Shown here piece by piece: positions 36,209 to 46,363 of a stretch of DNA of 64,000 nucleotides. The notes below the pieces were generated by a model, which had not been told where the DNA came from, made no database searches, and worked only from the letters and a program-made list of their open reading frames with translations. The position numbers and the translations under genes were made by a program. Origin of the DNA: a virus. The stretch spans positions 32,001 through 96,000 of IMG/VR virus record IMGVR_UViG_3300043772_003377, one strand, 5' to 3'. How positions within the stretch are numbered: the stretch's first letter is position 1; the number at the start of each line of letters is the position of its first letter.

Positions 36209-37422
36209 TTTACCAAATCTTTATAAATTTCACTTCTTGTTTTCGTCACATTTTTAAGATGATACGTATCTTTAACCTCCTCATATAGACGATTACCCAT
36301 ATCTTCAATCATATTTGGATTGGTAACTAATTTTTTAATGTATTTAGCCCAATCACTATGATTTTTTTGTTCATCAACCAATAAAGCGTTACCATCAACA
36401 AAATTACCATCTTTTAAACAATGTTTTAAATCTATCGTGTAAGGACCTATATTAGACGCAATTAATGCTTTTTTATAGAAACCCGCCTCAATAACTTTTA
36501 ATTGAGATTTAACTCTATTAAAGATATGATTTTTAATTGGTGCTAATGAAATATCAAACTTTGAGTAGTTCTTAGCGTAAGTAGTTACAGGTAATGTCCA
36601 AACTCTTCTATATGGTAAGATATAATCCGAGGTATACTCATCATCTTTAAATTCCATTAAGAATTTTTTATAATTTTCATCAATTGTTTTATAGTTATTT
36701 GTGAAAATTTCTTCATATCTAGCCCAAACCGTTTCGTGAGGTAAAATATCTCTCCTTGTTTGTTTACCTGTCTCTTTATTAATTTCGGTTACAGAACCTC
36801 TTGTATCAAATCCACATAAAACATATTGAATATTTTTATTGAAGTCTTCTCCGTTTTTTGAAATGAATCCGTCTAATAGTTTTAAGTCGTGAAAATGAGA
36901 AGAACCTCCTAACCAACCAATTCTAATTTTATCAGACTTTAATGTTGGTTCTTTAAATTGTGGTTCGTCAGGATTAATTGCGTTTGGTAATATGTAAACA
37001 TTTTTATTATATTTACGAATTTCATTAGCAAATAATGTTGTAGTTGTTGTAACACAACTTGCGACTTTTAAGTTTGCGATAATTTTTTCGTGAATTTTAT
37101 TTTGAACAATAATACTATGTATTGGATGTTCCATTGTCGGTAACCAATAATCGTCCAAATCCACAATAACCACAATACCCATAGACTTTAATTTAGTAAT
37201 TAACGCCGGTACTTTATCATAATCTTGTCCAATACTTCTATGGGCGTGGACTATTTGATATTTTTTCCAATAATTATCGTTTTCTATTTGGGGGTTATAA
37301 TCAATATCCACGTGAAATTCATCGGGATACATATTTTGTAACATTACGTGCGGGTCAACTGATCTAAATTTTCCAACTCCCGTATAGTCAGATGCGAGTA
37401 CTAAAACATTAATTTTTGACAT
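36205..37422 (-). CDS. Glycosyltransferase, GT-B fold (GT4-like)
   Basis: VDLDDYW, LPNAI, RIGWLGGSSHFHDL, DISLAP...FNRVKSQLKVIEAG...IASNIGPY. Confidence 0.85.
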   Translation of the reverse strand: MSKINVLVLASDYTGVGKFRSVDPHVMLQNMYPDEFHVDIDYNPQIENDNYWKKYQIVHAHRSIGQDYDKVPALITKLKSMGIVVIVDLDDYWLPTMEHPIHSIIVQNKIHEKIIANLKVASCVTTTTTLFANEIRKYNKNVYILPNAINPDEPQFKEPTLKSDKIRIGWLGGSSHFHDLKLLDGFISKNGEDFNKNIQYVLCGFDTRGSVTEINKETGKQTRRDILPHETVWARYEEIFTNNYKTIDENYKKFLMEFKDDEYTSDYILPYRRVWTLPVTTYAKNYSKFDISLAPIKNHIFNRVKSQLKVIEAGFYKKALIASNIGPYTIDLKHCLKDGNFVDGNALLVDEQKNHSDWAKYIKKLVTNPNMIEDMGNRLYEEVKDTYHLKNVTKTRSEIYKDLVK

Positions 37423-37480
37423 ATTTGTTAAATCTTTAATAAAGTATAAAACAAATAGGTTAAAATATCAACTTTAAATA

Positions 37481-37508
37481 AAAAATCCCCACATTAATTG
37501 TGAGGATT
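37481..37508 (-). terminator. Probable intrinsic terminator
   Basis: Imperfect hairpin AATCC-C-CAC...GTG-A-GGATT with a plus-strand A tract (U tract on the minus strand), downstream of the 37531-38112 gene. Confidence 0.55.
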
Positions 37509-37530
37509 CGTATAATAATTTTAATTTATT

Positions 37531-38112
37531 TTATTGGACTTTCTTAATCTTAGTAACCTTACCTTCAAAAATATGTTTCCCAACTCTAAATGAAAATACA
37601 TCATTAGTTTTTGAGGTCGACTCTACTAATAATCCATTTTCAGATAAAACTTCCTCAACGGTTTCTCTAACTATTGATTTAATAGTTTCCGCATCAATTC
37701 CAATATTAGTTTTCTGAACAGGTTGGGATTTATTAGTTTGCTGACCAGCAGCATTTGTATTCATAAGTCTTGCCGCTTTCTCAACTAAATCATTAGAGAG
37801 TGATGGACTTGTAGAAGTATTCGGTTGATTAATTGGGTGTTCGATCATTAATCTTTTAATTTCATCGGGTAATTTCGATGACATAACTCTTTCCTCAGTT
37901 ATTGGTTGGGGACTTATAGTCTTTTTATTTTCAATTGCAAATTCATCAGGTAACGAATATTTTGCTGATGGTGCGTTAAATTCTTGTACTTCAGGTGTTG
38001 ATAACTCTTCATTCATAGGTAATTCATTTCCTGATCTTGGCATTTGCTTATGTTTATCCATTATTTGTTTGGATATCATTAATTTTTTAATTAAATCGTT
38101 TTCGTTTGTCAT
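37531..38112 (-). CDS. Hypothetical protein
   Basis: 193 aa; SKLPDEIKRLMIEHPI; IKSIVRETVEEVLSE. Confidence 0.7.
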   Translation of the reverse strand: MTNENDLIKKLMISKQIMDKHKQMPRSGNELPMNEELSTPEVQEFNAPSAKYSLPDEFAIENKKTISPQPITEERVMSSKLPDEIKRLMIEHPINQPNTSTSPSLSNDLVEKAARLMNTNAAGQQTNKSQPVQKTNIGIDAETIKSIVRETVEEVLSENGLLVESTSKTNDVFSFRVGKHIFEGKVTKIKKVQ

Positions 38113-38513
38113 TATTCCGCCATTCTTGTATCGTCAAAAGACGTGTTTATTATTACTCTTGTCATTCCTTTATCACCTGTTTTATTATATCCAGGTCTAA
38201 TCTCACTAAAATCTTCACCTGAAGGTTTAAAAGATAGAATTTTGTCAACTCTAAACAATCTCCACCCCGGTAAAGGTTGTTCTCCCGTATAATTAGTATG
38301 GGAAGATCCTTCAGAATCCCACGCTCTTAAAACAGGATTATCTGCTTTACTATAACCAAAACAAACGGGTTCAATTTCTCTCAAACCTCTTCCTCCTGGC
38401 TCATCTCCATCATAGTAAATTATCACTTTTTTTCTTTTTTTAATAGCGTCAACGATAGAATCGATTGATGCTACTTCTAAAATAAGTGATTTTGCTATGT
38501 TGTAAAGTTTCAT
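38112..38513 (-). CDS. Stand-alone WYL-domain protein with an ILE-ending leader
   Basis: IVDAIKKRKKVIIYY...REIEPVCFG...VLRAW...GWRLFRVDKILS matches the WYL pattern. Confidence 0.8.
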   Translation of the reverse strand: MKLYNIAKSLILEVASIDSIVDAIKKRKKVIIYYDGDEPGGRGLREIEPVCFGYSKADNPVLRAWDSEGSSHTNYTGEQPLPGWRLFRVDKILSFKPSGEDFSEIRPGYNKTGDKGMTRVIINTSFDDTRMAE

Positions 38514-38803
38514 TATGTTGTTGGTTTTGTATATGGTTTTGATGGTCCGTATTCATTAATAGCTAACTCTTTTTTTCTTTCTACAATGTCTTGAACCGCA
38601 CCTGCTTTATCATTAAAAATATCCAAAAATTGACCAGTACCCTTACCATTTTCGTCCCCATCAGCTAAAGCGTCCTTATTAACCGCAGAGTATTCATTTT
38701 TTTTATTAAAATCATTTTTTGGTAAAAGTCGAGATCTTTCCATCTCAGCAACTTCAGTAAGTTTGTTTTTTGGTTGTTCAAAATTTAATGGTTCTTGTAT
38801 CAT
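38513..38803 (-). CDS. Hypothetical protein
   Basis: 96-aa coupled ORF. Confidence 0.7.
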   Translation of the reverse strand: MIQEPLNFEQPKNKLTEVAEMERSRLLPKNDFNKKNEYSAVNKDALADGDENGKGTGQFLDIFNDKAGAVQDIVERKKELAINEYGPSKPYTKPTT

Positions 38804-38807
38804 AACT

Positions 38808-39266
38808 TTAAATTATTTTATTTATTATGTCCTTTATTCTTCTAAGACTTTCTGTAACTTGTAAATCATATTGACCCAAATTAGTTTTATGTGATTTTGA
38901 CGGTCTATTTAAATTTCTAACATCAATATTAGTGTAAGGGTCTTCAGGATCGTGAGGTCTGAACTCATCATTTGATTTTGTATCTCTTCTCATACCATCT
39001 AAAGTTTTATCAACCCAATCTTTAACATAATGACCACCATTTAATATGTAGGGTAACTCATTTTCTTGTCCGTTAAAGTTATCAAAGAAATTTTTCATTC
39101 TTTTTAGTTGTTGATAAGTAACTTCCCTACTATCTCTTAGTTCTTTATTTCTTTTAAACCCTTCGGTTTTATCATCAGCACCTTTCGCAGCGTCAAAACA
39201 TTGTCCCAAATAAGTGACAACATCTTCAGGTAATTCAATTTTATTTCCGTATAATTTACTATTCAC
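38808..39266 (-). CDS. Hypothetical protein
   Basis: 152-aa ORF; VTYQQLKRMKNFF...LNGG; C-terminal VTESLRRIKDII. Confidence 0.7.
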   Translation of the reverse strand: MNSKLYGNKIELPEDVVTYLGQCFDAAKGADDKTEGFKRNKELRDSREVTYQQLKRMKNFFDNFNGQENELPYILNGGHYVKDWVDKTLDGMRRDTKSNDEFRPHDPEDPYTNIDVRNLNRPSKSHKTNLGQYDLQVTESLRRIKDIINKII

Positions 39267-39969
39267 CAGTCTTTAAAACTTTAATTAATTGATTAATACT
39301 AATACCTTCTTTGTCGGCCAATTTTTTAATATTTTGAAGATTTTTAGTTAAAATTTTACTTACAGATGTTTCTTTTTCAATAACATCATTTTCTTTTTTA
39401 GATTTTTTCGCCAAAATATCCTCAACCATTTTAATCATTCTTTTTTTCTGCTCTTCTTCTAAACTATCTTTCTCAACAAGTCTTTGTTTTAACACTTTTT
39501 TACCTGTTTTAGTCTTTTTTACTTTTTTACCTCTTAATTTTCCAAAAGCTTGAGCTCTTTCATCTCTCTCAAAAGGGTCTTCAATACCCATCTTTTTTAG
39601 TGTTTTAATTGTACCGTTATAATCCAAGTCTTTTGTCTCTTCATAACCGAAAGCGTCTGAAAAATCCATCTCAGAAACAACGTTTTCGTCCTTTTCTTCA
39701 CTTTCACCCCAATACACACGATAACCTCTTGATACAGGGTCATTAGGTGTTCTTGTCCCTACAATGGTCTGATCCATAGTTTTTCTAGGGTGTAATGTTG
39801 CGTTATATAATGGTACTTTACTACCCAATAAACCTCCGTCAGAATCAACTAATTCGTCTAATTCTCCTTTTAATTTATCTAATTCATTCTTAACATCATC
39901 ATCGGATATCGAATCTTCATTAGATGGTTTAATTTTTTTTGAGTTTAAATTCTTTTTTTCCTTTTTCAT
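39259..39969 (-). CDS. Hypothetical charged protein
   Basis: 236-aa ORF preceded by two TATTTAT motifs (39988-39994, 40013-40019). Confidence 0.7.
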   Translation of the reverse strand: MKKEKKNLNSKKIKPSNEDSISDDDVKNELDKLKGELDELVDSDGGLLGSKVPLYNATLHPRKTMDQTIVGTRTPNDPVSRGYRVYWGESEEKDENVVSEMDFSDAFGYEETKDLDYNGTIKTLKKMGIEDPFERDERAQAFGKLRGKKVKKTKTGKKVLKQRLVEKDSLEEEQKKRMIKMVEDILAKKSKKENDVIEKETSVSKILTKNLQNIKKLADKEGISINQLIKVLKTGE

Positions 39970-40032
39970 AATTGATTTATAACTATTATAAATATTCTCA
40001 GCTTTTTTAATAATAAATACTTCACTTTAATG

Positions 40033-40039
40033 TATTTAT
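40033..40039 (+). promoter_or_regulatory. Candidate late promoter at the head of the virion-surface module
   Basis: GTATTTATCATAAAAAAA before the ATG at 40051; the same string recurs at 57215 before the 57238 gene. Confidence 0.6.
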
Positions 40040-40050
40040 CATAAAAAAAG

Positions 40051-42882
40051 ATGTCAAATCAAAATATTAATCATTGGGCTAACTCAAAATGGTTTCCTAA
40101 GTTGTCTTTGGGGTCTTACGATATGTCATTAACTACTGACGAGACTGAATTTAATCAGGAAGTAGTGTTTTCGCCATATCTAATATCTCAAACATATGGT
40201 AATAAATTACCTTTTTATTTTGATTTAAATAATTCAGGTACTACTCAAAACATTGTTTTAAATTACAAAGAATATAATGCAGATAACATAATAGTTTCTC
40301 AGAACTATTATAATCCTAATAATGAAAACCTTAGTTGTTTTACTTCATCAACATCTTGTGATATTGGATTAACAGGTACAGATAATGGACTCGTAAATAA
40401 AATGACAGGAGAGACCATAACATTTACAAATGGATTATTAAGCAATAGTTCAAAATTTGATAGATTACATTTTGATAGAAGATTAAAATTATTTCAAGTT
40501 ACGGGTTACACTCAATCACCTAATGTTAAATTTTCAGGTATACAAAACACGACCCTATATGAGGTTGTTAGTAAAGAAGATTCATCATTTGGGAAATATC
40601 ACGAATTGTATGGAGGATTTTACCAAGGATTTTATAAATTATTTGGTTATGATTATGAAATTTTTCCTGAGAGATTTAATAAGGGATGGTCAGTTGAGAT
40701 GTTAATGAGGCCTAGATTATATGATGAATATAGTCCTGGTTTGGGTGAAACAACATTAAATCAAATATACCCTAATAACAAAAATATATTCTTTTATTTT
40801 GGTACTAGATCCGAAAACAAATATTACCATCATGCGGATGGAACACCAAATTGTTTTACAGGATATACCAGAGTTACATCGGATTTAACGGGGGTAACCA
40901 CTTGTTCTTGTTGTAATGAAAATATTACAAATAGTAGGTGTATCTTTATATATCCCCCACGATCAGTTAATGGGGTTCACGACCCTCACGTAAATTACGG
41001 GTGTAGTAGTTGTAATGGTGATAAAAATGTTAGCGTTACCTGTGGATGTAATTGTTATAAAACAGAATGTGAAACTTGTGGTTGGGAATGTCAAACACAT
41101 AAATGCGACACAATTATAACCGCATCAACGACTACCACAACAACCACAATAATTGATGATTGTACAATCACTACCACTTGTAGTGAAATTTGTCAAACTT
41201 GCTCTGATTGTTCAGATTGTGACACTTGCGAAGAGACTTTCGATTCAATAGAGGATACTTGTGAGAAAAACCCATTATATGATGGAATGTCAAATGCGTT
41301 TGCGTTAAAACTTTGCGGAGACCCAAAAAACCCTCAAATAGGTGTTAGATTTTTAAGATTTACCGGTGATTGTGTTACGACAGGGACTTGTGAAACAGGT
41401 AACACATATAGTACAGGATATACAATAACAGAATATTGTACACCACCAATTTACTCAAGATGTCAAAAAGAAAACCCGTCTTGGTTAGATATTGAACATT
41501 GGTTTCAGGTTAATGTTGTTTGGGAACGATATACATTTTTAGATGAATGTGATTTAAAATATAGAGGAGGTTTATCAGACATAACCAAAAAAATATTTTT
41601 AGAATCTTTAGCGAATAACACGGCCTCGTTAATTACCACTCCTTATACTAACGGTAAAAAAACAGCGTTACAGATGGAGTTAGTTAATTTAAATGAAAAA
41701 TGGTTATTAGATGGTAAATTTAGAAAAGGTAGATTAAAAATCTATGTTAACGGTAAATTACACGATACTATTGAGGATTTTGAGGAGATAATTCCAAGGG
41801 CGTTAAATACCGACAAGGAAAGACAAATTGGAGTTCCGTTTAATATTTCTTGGGGTGGGGGAACTCAAGGACTTAGAGACCACTTAGTTTTTAGTTCATC
41901 AACTCAATTAGAAGGACCATATATACAAGACCCCGAATTATTTCCTACAAATGTATTGTCAGGAACAACTTTTAGTGGTTTAAACACTAACATACAAATA
42001 GAACAAAATTTTGCAGGAACTTTTGAGGGCGGGATTTCTCAGTTTAGAATGTACATAGAACCTTTAAGTGCTCCTGAAGTAAAACATAATTTCAAAATTT
42101 TAAAGGATCAGTTCATTATGTTTGACCCTGATTGTCCTAATTGTAATACGACATTTTGTGAGCCTAATGATTTCGAATACGATATTTTAACTACCACAAC
42201 AACAAGTATGGAATTATTCCAAGACTTGGGATTTGGATTGGGTAGGGAATTAAAAATTGATAAAAGGGATTTAAATTATTTAATTGAGAATAAAATTAAT
42301 TTACCGAAAACTTTATTAACTGAAAAGTATTGGGATGCCGATGGATGGTGGGGTAATCAAAAAAATACACCTCATTGTGTCGGATTTTCTTGGGCTCATT
42401 GGATTGATGACGGACCAATAAAACACGTGGGTCTCAAACCAAATACTGACCCTGTTTTAATTTATCGAAATGCTCAAAAATTAGATGAATGGCCGGGAGA
42501 AAATTATAATGGAACTTCAGTTAGAGGAGGAGCTAAATACTTAAAAAGTGTTGGAAAAATAAAATCATATTTATGGACTTTCAATATAAACACTTTAATA
42601 CAAACATTATTAACTCAAGGACCTGTTGTGGTTGGAACAAATTGGTATACGGGAATGTTTTATCCGAATAAAGACGGATTAATAAAATTAAGTGGTAGAG
42701 TTGCCGGTGGACATGCTTACGTATTAAATGGTGTTAACACTAAAAAACAACAATTTAGAATAAAAAATAGTTGGGGGAAATCTTGGGGATTATCAGGACA
42801 CGCTTTTATAAGTTTTTCTGATATGCAAAGATTAATAAAAGAAAATGGTGAAATTTGTTTAGCGGTTGAGAATAATTTTTAA
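40051..42882 (+). CDS. Putative virion protein: split LamG/concanavalin-like domain with a Cys/Thr-rich insert, fused to a C-terminal papain-like (C1A) peptidase
   Basis: GWSVEM, LKIYVNGKL and FEGGISQFRMY...LS (LamG-like); NQKNTPHCVGFS, GGHAY and IKNSWGKSWGLSG (Gln/Cys/His/Asn catalytic set). Confidence 0.8.
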   Translation: MSNQNINHWANSKWFPKLSLGSYDMSLTTDETEFNQEVVFSPYLISQTYGNKLPFYFDLNNSGTTQNIVLNYKEYNADNIIVSQNYYNPNNENLSCFTSSTSCDIGLTGTDNGLVNKMTGETITFTNGLLSNSSKFDRLHFDRRLKLFQVTGYTQSPNVKFSGIQNTTLYEVVSKEDSSFGKYHELYGGFYQGFYKLFGYDYEIFPERFNKGWSVEMLMRPRLYDEYSPGLGETTLNQIYPNNKNIFFYFGTRSENKYYHHADGTPNCFTGYTRVTSDLTGVTTCSCCNENITNSRCIFIYPPRSVNGVHDPHVNYGCSSCNGDKNVSVTCGCNCYKTECETCGWECQTHKCDTIITASTTTTTTTIIDDCTITTTCSEICQTCSDCSDCDTCEETFDSIEDTCEKNPLYDGMSNAFALKLCGDPKNPQIGVRFLRFTGDCVTTGTCETGNTYSTGYTITEYCTPPIYSRCQKENPSWLDIEHWFQVNVVWERYTFLDECDLKYRGGLSDITKKIFLESLANNTASLITTPYTNGKKTALQMELVNLNEKWLLDGKFRKGRLKIYVNGKLHDTIEDFEEIIPRALNTDKERQIGVPFNISWGGGTQGLRDHLVFSSSTQLEGPYIQDPELFPTNVLSGTTFSGLNTNIQIEQNFAGTFEGGISQFRMYIEPLSAPEVKHNFKILKDQFIMFDPDCPNCNTTFCEPNDFEYDILTTTTTSMELFQDLGFGLGRELKIDKRDLNYLIENKINLPKTLLTEKYWDADGWWGNQKNTPHCVGFSWAHWIDDGPIKHVGLKPNTDPVLIYRNAQKLDEWPGENYNGTSVRGGAKYLKSVGKIKSYLWTFNINTLIQTLLTQGPVVVGTNWYTGMFYPNKDGLIKLSGRVAGGHAYVLNGVNTKKQQFRIKNSWGKSWGLSGHAFISFSDMQRLIKENGEICLAVENNF

Positions 42883-42884
42883 TT

Positions 42885-43808
42885 ATGAGTAATTTTATTG
42901 AAATAAAAAGTGTTAATTATGATGGGGAGGAAGCCAATATTCTTTTCACCCCATATCAAGAATCTAACGTTATAAATTTAGGAATTGTAACTTTACCATT
43001 CATATTTGAACCTGATTTATTAGTTCCGCCAAAAAATATTTACGGAAATTATACGATATTAGTTAAAGGAAGTAATTGTCCTTATATTTTAAATGTTCCG
43101 TCGCCGCCACCCACTCCAACACCTACTCCAACACCAAGACCAACAAGGACTCCAACTCCCACACCCACCCCAACTCCTACCCCAACCGAAACTTGTCCCA
43201 CACCAACACCAACTCCAACTCCCACACCAACACCAACTCCATTTGTGGAATCGGCATTTTTATTTATTGAACCGGTTTCAGGATCCTCAGCAATTGGTCA
43301 ATGGATGTATGATAATGGTTCCAATTTCTTTGGTTTCACCAACGCGTCTCAGCCGGCTCAAAATCAACCCCAATTTAATATTGATATGAATTTGTACGTT
43401 GATTTTGGCGCATGGACTTGCGGTCAATTTCCAAAAATTATTAGTCAATTAGTTCCACAAACTACTGGTGGTTTAGATTCTTTTGGTAACTTAAAAGTTG
43501 CTTACAATTTTTTAACAACGGAAGTTCCTGAAAATTATGTGGGTGGAGAAGCTTGGTACACTTGGATAATACCGGTTTCGTTAACAAATAATGAAACACA
43601 AACAATGATTGATATAAACACGAATAATAGTCCTAATTTAATGACCGCAGTATCTACTGAAGGTGCAATAAATTCTTACACATTTACTTATTCGGGAACA
43701 ACAATACCTAAAACAACTTATAAAGTTTATACAACTTTCCCTAATACAATTTTCCAAATAAACAATAGTCAGAATATTTATTTCAAAGGTAATACTATAT
43801 CACCTTAA
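42885..43808 (+). CDS. Putative virion protein with a Pro-Thr repeat linker
   Basis: PSPPPTPTPTPTPRPTRTPTPTPTPTPTPTETCPTPTPTPTPTPTPTP. Confidence 0.7.
   Translation: MSNFIEIKSVNYDGEEANILFTPYQESNVINLGIVTLPFIFEPDLLVPPKNIYGNYTILVKGSNCPYILNVPSPPPTPTPTPTPRPTRTPTPTPTPTPTPTETCPTPTPTPTPTPTPTPFVESAFLFIEPVSGSSAIGQWMYDNGSNFFGFTNASQPAQNQPQFNIDMNLYVDFGAWTCGQFPKIISQLVPQTTGGLDSFGNLKVAYNFLTTEVPENYVGGEAWYTWIIPVSLTNNETQTMIDINTNNSPNLMTAVSTEGAINSYTFTYSGTTIPKTTYKVYTTFPNTIFQINNSQNIYFKGNTISP
43098..43241 (+). repeat. Pro-Thr codon repeat (CCN-ACN)n
   Basis: Degenerate 6-bp periodic repeat within the CDS. Confidence 0.9.
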
Positions 43809-43819
43809 TCTACCTTAAA

Positions 43820-44806
43820 ATGAGTTTTAATTATAAAAATCCGTTAACCCCCCTAACTGCTTTAGGTAACATAAGTACCAAAAGAGATGACGTATTTGGT
43901 ACACACTTTAGTATTTTATCTACGGGTGGTTATATGGAGGTGTTTAGTCTCGATGATTTAATATATAGTATACCACCATCTACAACAGGTTTAATAAAAT
44001 TTTCAGGGAATACGATACCAATACAATTTAACAAAGGTAGTGGTTCTGTATTTTCACCAGATGTTTTAACTCTTAATTCAGATAATTTTTCTTCAGGTAG
44101 AAGAAGAATTGGTATGTTGGTTTATGTTAAGGAAGTTGACCAAGTTTACCAATATCAAATACCAAATTTTGATTCGTTATGGTCTTCAGTTACGGGAGCG
44201 ACAGGACCTGGAGGGAACACAACAATATTTTCAAATTTTGGAACAACAATCAAAAATAACTCGGTTCAAGGTCAAAATTTTATTAATTCTTGGACAGGTT
44301 CAACAATTGAAGGTATTAGTGGTAATACGAGAAGTAATTCTAATTGGATTAAATATTATGGGACAACGTTAGCGATAACAGGTGGGACATATGATTCGAC
44401 AACCAACACTCTCGATTTAGTTAACATAACGGGGGGTTCGATTTCTATATCTGGATTCAGTTCTTTTACTGGTGGTTCGGGTAATTGTGTTACAGAATTG
44501 TTTGTAGATGAAATAAGTTCTTGTTTAACCGCGATAACAATCAATAACGAATTAATTGTATTAAGTGGTATAACATTAACTGGTAATATAATTCCGTCTT
44601 CAGATGGTCAATCTGATATTGGAAGTCCTATAAAAAGGTTTAGAGATATAAACACAATTAGTGGAACATCGACCATATGGTCGGCAACGACAAAAATTTA
44701 TACACCCGAAGTTGACTTAGGTTTAGATAGTTTGGGTAATAGTAGAATAATAACACCAGATAGTTCCGTATTGAATAACGATATTTTATCGGGAGGAACA
44801 TTTTAA
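43820..44806 (+). CDS. Putative fibre/virion protein
   Basis: GGYMEV...RRRIGMLVYV module; Ser/Thr/Gly-rich; ends ILSGGTF. Confidence 0.6.
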   Translation: MSFNYKNPLTPLTALGNISTKRDDVFGTHFSILSTGGYMEVFSLDDLIYSIPPSTTGLIKFSGNTIPIQFNKGSGSVFSPDVLTLNSDNFSSGRRRIGMLVYVKEVDQVYQYQIPNFDSLWSSVTGATGPGGNTTIFSNFGTTIKNNSVQGQNFINSWTGSTIEGISGNTRSNSNWIKYYGTTLAITGGTYDSTTNTLDLVNITGGSISISGFSSFTGGSGNCVTELFVDEISSCLTAITINNELIVLSGITLTGNIIPSSDGQSDIGSPIKRFRDINTISGTSTIWSATTKIYTPEVDLGLDSLGNSRIITPDSSVLNNDILSGGTF

Positions 44807-44838
44807 AAGTAAAGATATTTATATAAAAAAACAAAAAA

Positions 44839-46338
44839 ATGGCAAATAGAAGTACAACGTTTTTATTAAAAAACTCAACAACATCAGGAGCGACATTACC
44901 CTCAGTATTAAAAGGTGAACCATTGGTTAACCTATATAATGGTATTATGTATTTTTCGGGTGTTACGGGTGGTGACTTTACTACGGGTAATACGAATACA
45001 AGTTATTTTGAGGTTGGTTCTCATTTAACAAACTTAAAACTGGATGGGCGTATACAAAAATACGATAATACTACGGCTTTAAGTGGTAAGTTCTTGTCGG
45101 GTACATCTCAAGGATTTGTTTTGGCGGATATTACCCAAATTGGGGGTATTTCAGATTTTGATTATTATCCTTTAACCAATACTTTTGTAATAACCGCGTC
45201 AGACTCATCAACGTATTCGGCAACCGTTACTTCAGTTTCAGGTTTAACCGTAAATGGTGATTTGTCGGTAACTGGAAATACAAATACAAACAATATTTAC
45301 GTAACGACTTCAGCGATTACAAATAATCTATCAATTACAGGAACAGGTTATTATAGTCAAACCGCAACGGGTGCGAGCTCAAACGAACTCGTTAATTACG
45401 GTACTTTAACAGGATTTTCACAAACGAATGATGTTTATGTTACAGGTTCTACTTTAACTCCGGCGGATAATAATACTAACACACAATCATCTCAATTATT
45501 ATATCACGGAACTCCTATCGGTGGACCATATACAATAGATACTGAAAACACTTATACCACAGGAGGTACTTATTCGGCGGGAACTATAACGTTCACAAAA
45601 AACGACTCAACAACCTATCAAGTAACAGGAATTGATGGTACTGATACATATGTGACAGGATTTACGTATAATCCGTCAAACAATACTTTAACTATTTCCA
45701 GAAATGAAGGTGAACCTGATTTAACCGCGTATATAGATTCTGTATCGGGTTTAACAATAAATGGTAATTTAAATGTAACAGGAACAACAACTACAGGAAC
45801 TATTAGTGCGACAACTTATGACACTAACTTAACACCTGGTACCGTTGTATATGTTAATGGGTCAGGTGAATTGACGAGTGAAAATGAGTTTAGTTATAAT
45901 GATGGTACAAAAACTCTAACCGTTGATAATATTTTAGCGAATCAGAATGTTATAATTAATGGTGATTTAACGGTATTTGGTGCTGCGATATCCGCGTTCA
46001 CGACAAACCTATATGTTGAAGATAAAAATATTACTCTAAACTATAATCCAACAGGTAGTACGTCAGCAACTTCAGTAAATGCGGGATTCACAATACAAGA
46101 CGGAAATGGAACTGGTGGTGGTGATGTTAATTTTGATATTATTAGATTACAAAATCTATCCGGAGTTACGGTTGGTGAATATACTTCCGACACAGGTTAT
46201 ACTAATAGAGGCTGGATTACCCAATTAAATGACATTGTAATTAGAAGTACAGATGTTGTTGATGAGGGAGGTGCTAACTCAGTAACAGGTGTTAGAGTCT
46301 TATGTGAACGGGATATTTTAGATGGAGGTTCTTATTGA
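44839..46338 (+). CDS. Putative tail fibre protein
   Basis: MANRSTTFLLK...GEPLVN N-terminus; LTVNGDLSVTG repeats; VEDKNITLN; ends ILDGGSY. Confidence 0.65.
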   Translation: MANRSTTFLLKNSTTSGATLPSVLKGEPLVNLYNGIMYFSGVTGGDFTTGNTNTSYFEVGSHLTNLKLDGRIQKYDNTTALSGKFLSGTSQGFVLADITQIGGISDFDYYPLTNTFVITASDSSTYSATVTSVSGLTVNGDLSVTGNTNTNNIYVTTSAITNNLSITGTGYYSQTATGASSNELVNYGTLTGFSQTNDVYVTGSTLTPADNNTNTQSSQLLYHGTPIGGPYTIDTENTYTTGGTYSAGTITFTKNDSTTYQVTGIDGTDTYVTGFTYNPSNNTLTISRNEGEPDLTAYIDSVSGLTINGNLNVTGTTTTGTISATTYDTNLTPGTVVYVNGSGELTSENEFSYNDGTKTLTVDNILANQNVIINGDLTVFGAAISAFTTNLYVEDKNITLNYNPTGSTSATSVNAGFTIQDGNGTGGGDVNFDIIRLQNLSGVTVGEYTSDTGYTNRGWITQLNDIVIRSTDVVDEGGANSVTGVRVLCERDILDGGSY

Positions 46339-46363
46339 GTTTAATATCTCAAAATAATAAATT

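Noticed and set aside
43076-43389. His/Gln-rich and Thr/Asn-rich alternative-frame ORFs
   Set aside because: They are frame-shifted readings of the Pro-Thr repeat.
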